64,000 nt of DNA from a virus, in the IMG/VR virus record IMGVR_UViG_3300030108_003282, positions 30,927 through 94,926 of that record, one strand, 5' to 3'. Below are positions 9,529 through 17,474 of this stretch, one piece after another; the first letter of the stretch is position 1; each line of letters begins with the position of its first letter. The notes under the pieces were generated by a model. The model was not told where the DNA came from, searched no databases, and saw only the letters and a program-made list of their open reading frames with translations. The position numbers and the translations under genes are program-made.

Positions 9529-11148
9529 TTATACACCAATCATTCTTTTAAGTTTTCTAACATTCTTTTTTATTTTATTTGAATGAGAAACCATGCTTCT
9601 ATTCTGTCTTGACCTTGAGCCACTCAAATTGTATTCTCCGTGTTTAGTCACTTCAAAAGTTAATTTAACAAAAGCATCACCAAAAGCGTCTTGAATATCT
9701 CCTAATCTGAGAGTCTCTGTTCCAAATTTCATTTGACCAAAATCACCCGCATCTCTTGTAGTTGTTGGTTTTTCATCTCCTACTTCAAACACTCTAATTT
9801 CAGACTTGTAATTTTCTTTTTCTGCTTTAGGCAATTTAGCATATTCATCTTCCGAAATAAAGATAGGATTTCCTTTTTCGTCTTTTTCTGTTTTATGGCT
9901 AAAGGCTCTTTTAGATTGCTCATCAATCATTTCTTGAGTTAATGGCTTTCCACCTTCACCCATAGTTGTTAATCCTTCGGCAGCAGTAGCAAAATCTCTA
10001 TATGTTTCTGCTCTATCCTTTTTTGTAGTAATATTTCCATATACTTTAAAAGAATACACTTCATCAGGTATAACCAAGAAAGGCTTAAATGCTTTCATAA
10101 TTACTCTTTTAACTGCTTCATCCTCAAAGAAACCTTCAATAGTTCCTCTTCCTTCTCCATCAAATTTAAGATTTGCTTGCTTACCAGATTCACCTTCGGG
10201 CTTAAATACGAAGGAGTAGTATTTACCATTCAATTCGATAATATCTTCTTCTTTCATCTCTTCCGTTCTATTCAAATCCCCGATTGCTGATTGAACATTA
10301 AGCATATTGATTTCTTCTTCAGGATTTGATGTAAGATTTATTTTTTCCCCAACAGATTCAAACTCTCCATCTTCATTTAATTCTGCTTCAATGACATAAT
10401 TTTCTTGTGCAGAAACCCCGCCTTTTAATTTGTCAATAAAGGAATCAGGTATGTTAAATGAATAATCAACAACATCTTCTGCAATTGTAAACTTTTGGTT
10501 AGATGGTCTATATGATGCCTCTTGCCCAGTAGTTTCTAAAATAAAATCTGCTTTAACTTTCTCTAAATCTCCATAATCAAAAGCAGGTATCTTGGCCTCA
10601 ATGTGTGCCTTAAGCGAACTTCGTTGTGGTTGATGAGCATAGTTGAACCTATCATTTAATCTTTTATTTTCTCTAAACTGAATATCATAGTTTACAGTTG
10701 GCTTATCACCATAGGCTGAAATAAAATCATCAAAATCAAAGTCGGGTAATTTAGTTTTTCCACTACGAATAAAAGAAACATCAGTTCCTTTTAATCTACC
10801 AAGAACTCTTGCATTTGTAATGTCTCCTACTTTTTTATCTTCAATAAAAGCAAGATTAGATTCGTTTGGGGTTTTATCCCTCTTACGAGAAAATCCTTTC
10901 CATGCGTCAGCGTCTCTTTCCAAAAGAGGTTTTAGTGGTTCATCGAGAACCTTTTCTAAAATTTCTGTTAATTGTTCTTTTAGTGCGGCACTATTTGGCT
11001 CGCTATCATCTACACTATCCTTTGCAGTCTTAACCTTACGACGAAATTCTTTATCGCCAGTAAGAACATAGTCTTTCATCTGTGTTTCAATAAAAGACGC
11101 AGAACGAGGAAGACTAAGGGTTTGTCGTCCCCAATTAAAACTAACCAC
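9529..11148 (-). CDS. Hypothetical protein
   Basis: 539-aa ORF with RBS; no recognised motif. Confidence 0.7.
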   Translation of the reverse strand: MVSFNWGRQTLSLPRSASFIETQMKDYVLTGDKEFRRKVKTAKDSVDDSEPNSAALKEQLTEILEKVLDEPLKPLLERDADAWKGFSRKRDKTPNESNLAFIEDKKVGDITNARVLGRLKGTDVSFIRSGKTKLPDFDFDDFISAYGDKPTVNYDIQFRENKRLNDRFNYAHQPQRSSLKAHIEAKIPAFDYGDLEKVKADFILETTGQEASYRPSNQKFTIAEDVVDYSFNIPDSFIDKLKGGVSAQENYVIEAELNEDGEFESVGEKINLTSNPEEEINMLNVQSAIGDLNRTEEMKEEDIIELNGKYYSFVFKPEGESGKQANLKFDGEGRGTIEGFFEDEAVKRVIMKAFKPFLVIPDEVYSFKVYGNITTKKDRAETYRDFATAAEGLTTMGEGGKPLTQEMIDEQSKRAFSHKTEKDEKGNPIFISEDEYAKLPKAEKENYKSEIRVFEVGDEKPTTTRDAGDFGQMKFGTETLRLGDIQDAFGDAFVKLTFEVTKHGEYNLSGSRSRQNRSMVSHSNKIKKNVRKLKRMIGV

Positions 11149-11158
11149 TTAATTCACC

Positions 11159-11806
11159 TCACATGAGCCATTTTGCCCAAGCCGCCCCTTTTTGGATTGC
11201 CGCACCTAAATGTAATCCACTTGAAGGAGGCTCATAACTCATTTGACCTTGAGCATCAATCCAATAAGGACGACCATATCCGTCTGTTCCCGAAGGAGGA
11301 ATAGGATAGCCTGTGCCATTATTCATAGCACCTTGCATTTGTTGATATTGTTGAGTATTTCCAGTAACGTTGGCTAAAGCCATACCTGCTGATGGTTGTT
11401 GCATACCTCCACCACTAAATCCCTGTGATTCAAGATACTGTTGTTTTGCCATCTTTCTTTGCATAACAACCTCAGTATTAATTGCTGATTGCAATAACTT
11501 TTGAATATCTAAATCAATGTTTTCTTGAGTAATTCTTTCGTATTCACGAAGAGCATCTCGGTTTACAGTAAGGTTGCTGCCATTAGTGTCAAAACTTAAC
11601 TTAGCAAGCATTTGAGAAACAACTCTTTCAACAACATCTTCCATTAACTTTTCAAGAGCAATCAAGAATTGTTCTCCATGATATTGAAAAAATTCTTCAA
11701 CATGATTTTCCTGTAATGAAAGTAAATTATTTACAGTCTTAAATTGTGTGTCGCTTTGCGCTTGAACTGCTCCTAAAACAGTCTTGTTGCTAGTTCCAAA
11801 TACCAT
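11159..11806 (-). CDS. Coiled-coil protein with Q/G-rich linker and amphipathic C-terminal helix
   Basis: Ends LGAAIQKGAAWAKWLM; part of the GTPase module. Confidence 0.65.
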   Translation of the reverse strand: MVFGTSNKTVLGAVQAQSDTQFKTVNNLLSLQENHVEEFFQYHGEQFLIALEKLMEDVVERVVSQMLAKLSFDTNGSNLTVNRDALREYERITQENIDLDIQKLLQSAINTEVVMQRKMAKQQYLESQGFSGGGMQQPSAGMALANVTGNTQQYQQMQGAMNNGTGYPIPPSGTDGYGRPYWIDAQGQMSYEPPSSGLHLGAAIQKGAAWAKWLM

Positions 11807-11808
11807 AT

Positions 11809-12498
11809 CTATGCCTCCTTAACTAATTCCTCTTTTATTTCTTCTTGCGGTAATTCATTTTGTGCTTGAACATTATGCTTAAGCATCAAATGATTGAGTC
11901 TTTCTGTGATAATATTTATTTCAGTGATTAGACGAATGACCTCATCCGTTGCCGTCTTTGAATCTCCTATTGCGGGTGGGGTTATAAACCATCCTGCCGA
12001 GGTAAGACTCATAACATCTTCTTTGCTTAAAGTCTTAATTGGTCCTGCTTTGAGCATTTTAGGCATACGGGGCTTAAATGATTTAAATTCAAGTCCATGC
12101 TTATCTGCAAGAATTTGCTGTTGTAGCATTTCTAATTGCATATATATGGAAGCGTGTTTAGGACAATAAGTTCCCATTAAAGGTCTTCCCTTAACTACTC
12201 CATCTAAAGGCATAGGAGGACGCATATAATCTCCTTGTTCCCAAATATGATGAAAACCACAAACAACACATCTGTCTTTGAGGTTAAATTTTTTTCCATA
12301 TTTAATGCCTAAAAACTTCTTTGGTTCTGCTTTTAAAACCAATTTAAGTTCCTTTAATTGAGTCTTCGGCTTATACGAAATAAACTTGTATTCTTGCACA
12401 ACACCACTTGCTCTTGCCTGTTGAAGTGGCGAAAGAGCAGGATTAAATTGTTGTGGTGCATTTTGTCCTATAATGTTGTTTTGGTACATAATAATCAA
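11809..12498 (-). CDS. Zn-finger protein
   Basis: CVVC...CPKH; C-terminal coiled coil. Confidence 0.6.
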   Translation of the reverse strand: MIIMYQNNIIGQNAPQQFNPALSPLQQARASGVVQEYKFISYKPKTQLKELKLVLKAEPKKFLGIKYGKKFNLKDRCVVCGFHHIWEQGDYMRPPMPLDGVVKGRPLMGTYCPKHASIYMQLEMLQQQILADKHGLEFKSFKPRMPKMLKAGPIKTLSKEDVMSLTSAGWFITPPAIGDSKTATDEVIRLITEINIITERLNHLMLKHNVQAQNELPQEEIKEELVKEA

Positions 12499-13160
12499 TA
12501 GTCCTTTATCATTGTGGTAATTCCTCTATAAACCATTTCGGGGTCAGACTTTGCAGAAACAATATATTTGAAACACGGTATTCCTTTATCATTTAACTTT
12601 CTCATTCCATATTTAAATGGTTCAAATATTTCATGCTTATCTATAGATTGGTCTTCTAATGGATATTTCTTTCCCCAAATATCATACTTATTTGCCCAAA
12701 TACCTACTGCCATTGGAAAATCTGAGTCTCTTTTCTTTTTACCGTTTGACCACTTATTTGAAATAATCGAATCAACTAAAAACTTCCATGCTAACTGATG
12801 GTCTAAATTAACTTCACTATCTAAATGCCTGTGGTCAATCATGAAAATAATATATTTGACTCTCCTATTTTGCATATCCTTTTCCCATTCTTTCCAGTAA
12901 ATTGCTTCTCCTCCAATATCTGCACTTCTTACTGTATGGGAGTCTCCATCTATTTTGACATTTTTTCTTGTTGCTCTATGTCTTCCAACCGTTCTTTCAT
13001 TTATTTGAGGAACTTCCCCTCTTGTTCTTAATTGATGGCTTAGTGTTGTTTTTCCAACCATTGTGGCCCCATAGACTCCAAAATTAATTGCGTGAATTTT
13101 TTTGTAAAATCCTATGATTGCTTCACCTACAAGAATAGCAAATCCTGTCATTAGGGACAT
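12495..13160 (-). CDS. Small Ras-superfamily (Arf/Rab-like) GTPase
   Basis: G1 GATMVGKTT, G2 ERT, G3 DIGG, G4 NKYD, G5 SAK; hydrophobic N-terminal helix; start via TAATG overlap. Confidence 0.9.
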   Translation of the reverse strand: MSLMTGFAILVGEAIIGFYKKIHAINFGVYGATMVGKTTLSHQLRTRGEVPQINERTVGRHRATRKNVKIDGDSHTVRSADIGGEAIYWKEWEKDMQNRRVKYIIFMIDHRHLDSEVNLDHQLAWKFLVDSIISNKWSNGKKKRDSDFPMAVGIWANKYDIWGKKYPLEDQSIDKHEIFEPFKYGMRKLNDKGIPCFKYIVSAKSDPEMVYRGITTMIKDY

Positions 13161-13378
13161 TAATGCCCCCACCCATTGAGAAGGGTATCTAATAACCAGC
13201 CCATGATGTTAATATCAAAAACACCAAGAATATTTCCAATAAGGAAACCTGAAAGACAGGCACAAGAACCCCAAAACCACATTCTCATCTTCAAAAAGAA
13301 GATATCTGCTGAATGCGCCCTTTGTTGATTATAAGCATAATCCGAATCAGAAAAGCCCATTATGTCGCCAAAGACCAT
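13160..13378 (-). CDS. Small membrane protein
   Basis: One or two hydrophobic segments. Confidence 0.65.
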   Translation of the reverse strand: MVFGDIMGFSDSDYAYNQQRAHSADIFFLKMRMWFWGSCACLSGFLIGNILGVFDINIMGWLLDTLLNGWGH

Positions 13379-13389
13379 TCTTTCACCGC

Positions 13390-13773
13390 CTATTGTAGTG
13401 CGGCCAAGAACTCATTACCAACGCTATTTTCTTCTTCCTGCTGAACAGGTTGATAAAAGGTAGTGTTGTATTGTTTTGCGCTTTCACGCATCTTTTGTCT
13501 TTGTTGTTCATCCCTAGCCTTTCTTTCCCAGTATGCCGCAATTTTACGGTCTAAGAGCCAAAGTTCAATTCTATCATTGAGTGATAAATCAAAAATTGCT
13601 TTCATAACCATAATTGCACCAATTGTGCCTAAACCAAATAGAACTGAGTGTGCTAATGGGCCATAAGGAAAATTCATTCCGAATGCCGCATATGCCCAAA
13701 CATTTGTTCCGCTTAATGCGCCAACAAATAAAATTGTCATAATGAGTCTTGTATCTTGACTTAATGCTGCCAT
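13390..13773 (-). CDS. Two-TM membrane protein with charged coiled-coil tail (holin-like topology)
   Basis: LIMTILFVGALSG and VLFGLGTIGAIMVM helices, then WERKARDEQQRQK. Confidence 0.65.
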   Translation of the reverse strand: MAALSQDTRLIMTILFVGALSGTNVWAYAAFGMNFPYGPLAHSVLFGLGTIGAIMVMKAIFDLSLNDRIELWLLDRKIAAYWERKARDEQQRQKMRESAKQYNTTFYQPVQQEEENSVGNEFLAALQ

Positions 13774-13782
13774 TTTAACACC

Positions 13783-14067
13783 TCAAGAAAAGTGAATGAA
13801 AGTATTTGCGTTTCCACTAGTCTCTTCATAAAAGAGTCCAACAGAACAAATAACCCCATGCATGTCAAATTCGAGATTTTGGACACCAGCACCATCTATG
13901 TTAATACGGGCTAATTCTTTACCCGTATTATCTGTTCCGTCAAATACTTTTATTTGACAAGGCGCACCGCCACTATCGTTATTAACATGAATAGAAATTA
14001 ATTTGCATTGTCCAACAAAAACCTTTCCACTAGCCGTTAAAAGACCACTACTTCTGCAACTCGGCAT
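13783..14067 (-). CDS. Small beta-rich virion protein
   Basis: Beta-sandwich-like composition; downstream of capsid genes. Confidence 0.5.
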   Translation of the reverse strand: MPSCRSSGLLTASGKVFVGQCKLISIHVNNDSGGAPCQIKVFDGTDNTGKELARINIDGAGVQNLEFDMHGVICSVGLFYEETSGNANTFIHFS

Positions 14068-14128
14068 GATTCATCACTTCCGTTCAAACTGTCTATGAGG
14101 CATCACCCTCTTAATCCTATCGCTAGGA

Positions 14129-14449
14129 TTATTCAGCCAAAGAGGACTTTTTGCTCTTAGCAGGTGCTTTCTTCACCTTTGGTTTAGCGGGGAGAAGATA
14201 TGCACACAATTTATCATGTGTGTCAAAATCTTTTCCTAACGCCTTGCCTAAGCGAACCAGTCTTTCGGGCTTTAGTTGCTTCAAAACCTTTCTTTCACTT
14301 TCGAGAAAAGTGATTTCTAAAGCACTATCGCCTAAATAGATTAAAGCCTTTTCAGTAGGCAAATCTAAAGAGACTGTTCTATCAAGCACTTGTCCATCAA
14401 CAAATAGTGTTTTTGACCTTGCCCCTTTGGTCAGTTTAATTGTTGCCAA
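14129..14449 (-). CDS. Hypothetical protein with basic tail
   Basis: TTG start after AGGTGG. Confidence 0.6.
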   Translation of the reverse strand: MATIKLTKGARSKTLFVDGQVLDRTVSLDLPTEKALIYLGDSALEITFLESERKVLKQLKPERLVRLGKALGKDFDTHDKLCAYLLPAKPKVKKAPAKSKKSSLAE

Positions 14450-14459
14450 TTAAACCACC

Positions 14460-14795
14460 TCAAAGCAAACCAAAGACTCTTACACGAACAATTCCTTCAT
14501 CAGCAGTTCCGCTTTGTTGTGCAGAACCAGTCGAAAGAATGATTTTGACGCTAGAAACAGATTCATAAGCCCCCGTTGTTGAAACAACGGCTCTTGCTGA
14601 ATGACCAATTTCTTCTACGCCAGTTACCATCAATTGCGTGATTTGACTTAAACCGACTTCGGCAGCCGTTAAAGTAATACCTCCAGAAACATAATTGGTG
14701 ATGTTAATGATTGCATCAACCATATATTCATCGCCATTTGCTCTTGGCTTGGTAAAACCTTTATGGTCTGCCAATAACGTAACTGTATGTGCCAA
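14460..14795 (-). CDS. Putative capsid decoration/minor capsid protein
   Basis: GAGGTGA RBS + TTG at 14795 (track extension to 14930 overlaps MCP); directly after MCP. Confidence 0.55.
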   Translation of the reverse strand: MAHTVTLLADHKGFTKPRANGDEYMVDAIINITNYVSGGITLTAAEVGLSQITQLMVTGVEEIGHSARAVVSTTGAYESVSSVKIILSTGSAQQSGTADEGIVRVRVFGLL

Positions 14796-14805
14796 TTTAA
14801 TCACC

Positions 14806-16158
14806 TCAAAGAAGGTTGGTAATCTTTCCTTGACCCTTGAAGTAAGAACAACCAGTTTCACCCATTGTGCGATAAAGAGCCTTGTTTCCGAGGTTTCCAA
14901 CACCGAATGGGTTTCCGTTGCTGATACCATCCTCGAAATACTGAGTAGGCTTCATCACAGACAGCCACAAATGGTCAGTATCAAGGAAAAGCATATCGCT
15001 AATCAAACTTGAGTTATTACCAGTAGTAGGCATAGCGGCAACAGGAATCAAAGGAATGTCGTAGTAAGTAGAAACACGGAATCCGACTTCTTGACCCTTA
15101 ACACCACGAACACCGTTCACGGTTGGGACAATTTCTTTTCGGTCCATGAATCGCTCTTGAGCCTGTAATAAGTCAGAAAGCGTTTGAAGGGTGTCATATC
15201 CAGTAAGGATAACCTTTGGTGAACCGCCAGCAACACGGAGTCTTCGGAGCATATCGTTAATAACCGTTAAGGTTAATTGTCGTGCTTCTGCCGAAAGGTA
15301 GCCATCACCAAAAGAAACTTCTGCATCCAAAAACTCGTTTCCTGAATCACTTCTTTGCTTTCCGTAAAGGTGGTCAATTTGTTGGTCAGTAGCAGAATCA
15401 ACAAGGTTTCCACCAGAATTGTCAGCCAATTCGGTAATTTCAGCCGAGTTAGAAACAATCTTCATAAGAGAAGTGTAGCCTCTATCAATAGCGTTTGCCG
15501 TGTTATAAGCCGTAGTTGGAGAATAGTTCTCCAATGGCATAACAAGCATAGTGTTTTGAACTTCAGCGTGATGCTTACCCATGTCTTCTCTCAATTGCGC
15601 TCTAATATCACCGATACCGTCGTCAATCTGAGCCATTTCCATTGAAAGTTCGCTGAAAGCAAATTGATGAGCAATAATTTTTGGGCTCGTAAAGAGAACA
15701 TCGTATTCAGGAGCAATTGATTGAAGACCGTCCGAATCTGAATCTAACGATGCATTTTCTGGAACGCCACCAATTCGGTCTGCTCTCAAAGAATCAGCAC
15801 CATAAAGTGCAGTATTAAGAGTGGTGTTGGAAGCGGCAGAAATGTCCAAAAAGTTTCCAGAACCGCCAGCAGGACGCTTCTTGAGGATTCTCCAACCACT
15901 TGAAGAATATGGTCGCTTTGAAATAACAGACAATGCGTTGCATTCTCGGTTTAACATAGACCAGACCTTTTGGCCGTAAATCTTGTTGTAAAGGTTTGCG
16001 TTAATTCCCGATGGGTCGCTAAATGAACCATCGTGAGCAACATGAATGCCGCTTACGGTTCCTTGAGCCTTAAGCAATTGATTGCTAATGTGGCCCGTTG
16101 CGCTTGTTCCATAGGTTTGTGCTTCTAAATCTGCAATAGTGTTAATATATCCTGTCAT
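14806..16158 (-). CDS. Major capsid protein (HK97 fold)
   Basis: Follows protease; GGVPEN, PKIIAHQFAFSELS, STYYDIPLIP, MLFLDTDHL; strong RBS; codon bias of high expression. Confidence 0.85.
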   Translation of the reverse strand: MTGYINTIADLEAQTYGTSATGHISNQLLKAQGTVSGIHVAHDGSFSDPSGINANLYNKIYGQKVWSMLNRECNALSVISKRPYSSSGWRILKKRPAGGSGNFLDISAASNTTLNTALYGADSLRADRIGGVPENASLDSDSDGLQSIAPEYDVLFTSPKIIAHQFAFSELSMEMAQIDDGIGDIRAQLREDMGKHHAEVQNTMLVMPLENYSPTTAYNTANAIDRGYTSLMKIVSNSAEITELADNSGGNLVDSATDQQIDHLYGKQRSDSGNEFLDAEVSFGDGYLSAEARQLTLTVINDMLRRLRVAGGSPKVILTGYDTLQTLSDLLQAQERFMDRKEIVPTVNGVRGVKGQEVGFRVSTYYDIPLIPVAAMPTTGNNSSLISDMLFLDTDHLWLSVMKPTQYFEDGISNGNPFGVGNLGNKALYRTMGETGCSYFKGQGKITNLL

Positions 16159-16169
16159 GCTAAATCACC

Positions 16170-17438
16170 TCAAAGGTTTCCTCCAACCATTTTATGAATG
16201 TCAGCCCAATCCATTTCGGCTAATTCATCCATAGTAGGGAGTTTGATAGAAGACTCTTCTTGAGCCTTTAGGATGTTTTCCTTCTCAGCAGTCAAAGACT
16301 TGCGAAGTGCGGCAAATTCATCCTTAAGAGAAGCAATTTCGCTTTGAGCATCATATTGAGACTTTGCGAGAATGTTTTCTCTTTGAGAAGTTTCAGCCTT
16401 GAAGCGAGCCTCAAACTGCTTTTGGAGGTTGTCGTAAGCCAACTTCTCTAATTGTTCTTGACGGAAAGCCTCGTAAGCCTTCTCAATGTTTCCAACAGAT
16501 AAGTCAAGGGTTTCTAATTCTTCGTTGTTAAATGCCTTAACAACTGGTAAATCAGAAGCCTTTGGTCGGCCTCCTTCAATAATGATTCTGTCAGCAGGTT
16601 CGCCAATTTCAACACCTGCTCCATCAAGAGTAGGAACATAGGCTTTGGCTTCATCATCCATGTATTCGCCCATACCCTTCTCTTCATCATCCATCATTTC
16701 TTTGTCGTCCTTCATCTTTTCAGACATCATTTTGTCCTTTTCAGACATCATTTTGTCCTTTTCATCCATCAACTTTTCAGACATCATTTTTTCGTCCTTC
16801 ATGTCCATGTTTTCTTCTTCTTCCTTTCTTAGCGTATTGACTTCTTCCATAAGAGCGTCAAGTTCTGCCAATGCTTTTTCAATTCTGGTCATTTTTTTCA
16901 CCTTTTTTGTTTTTTCTTGCTTTAAAATGTCAAATTTTGCTTCTGGATTAATTCCTTTTTCACAAATAGTGACTTCATGTAATTCTAACTTTGAAATTTC
17001 GTTGTATTCCCCTAATTCATCATGGGTTTTCTTAACTTTCTCTAAAGCCTGTCCTCCAATACTGAAACTTCTTAATGAACCTTTTCTAATGCCACGATTA
17101 ATTTCTTTGGCCTTTTCAATATCATCTCTTAATTTGATTACAACAAAGAATCCTACATCATCAACTTCTGTTTTGAATAGTCTCCCTGATTTATCTCGGT
17201 ATGATTCAACAACTTCTCCGACTTGAACATTTGAATGATTTGTCATTACATTTCTAAACTTGGGGTTCTCCATGTATTTCTTTACCGCTTCTTGAAGGGC
17301 TTTAAGTGTGATTAAATCATTTTGCTTATCAACGATTTCAATGCTTGCATATCCTCCAATCATTAAATCGTCTTGGCTTTTGAGAATCCTGAAATCAGAA
17401 GTGTTGTTTCGCATCACCACAGAAGACATTCTTCTCAA
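16170..17438 (-). CDS. Prohead protease (HK97/U35 type) fused to scaffold
   Basis: IGGYASIEIVDKQNDLI, H(SNVQVG), SFSIGG, LHEVTICEKGINPEA; acidic coiled-coil C-half. Confidence 0.9.
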   Translation of the reverse strand: MRRMSSVVMRNNTSDFRILKSQDDLMIGGYASIEIVDKQNDLITLKALQEAVKKYMENPKFRNVMTNHSNVQVGEVVESYRDKSGRLFKTEVDDVGFFVVIKLRDDIEKAKEINRGIRKGSLRSFSIGGQALEKVKKTHDELGEYNEISKLELHEVTICEKGINPEAKFDILKQEKTKKVKKMTRIEKALAELDALMEEVNTLRKEEEENMDMKDEKMMSEKLMDEKDKMMSEKDKMMSEKMKDDKEMMDDEEKGMGEYMDDEAKAYVPTLDGAGVEIGEPADRIIIEGGRPKASDLPVVKAFNNEELETLDLSVGNIEKAYEAFRQEQLEKLAYDNLQKQFEARFKAETSQRENILAKSQYDAQSEIASLKDEFAALRKSLTAEKENILKAQEESSIKLPTMDELAEMDWADIHKMVGGNL

Positions 17439-17459
17439 CCCCTACTAACCATTATCCAG

Positions 17460-17467
17460 TATATAAA
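17460..17467 (-). promoter_or_regulatory. TATA box upstream of protease/MCP
   Basis: GTTCTTTATATAC on the minus strand; same core as 46390, 54254 and 55498. Confidence 0.65.
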
Positions 17468-17474
17468 GAACAAC

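Noticed and set aside
14796-14930. N-terminal extension of the 14460 ORF
   Set aside because: Overlaps MCP; a strong RBS precedes TTG at 14795.
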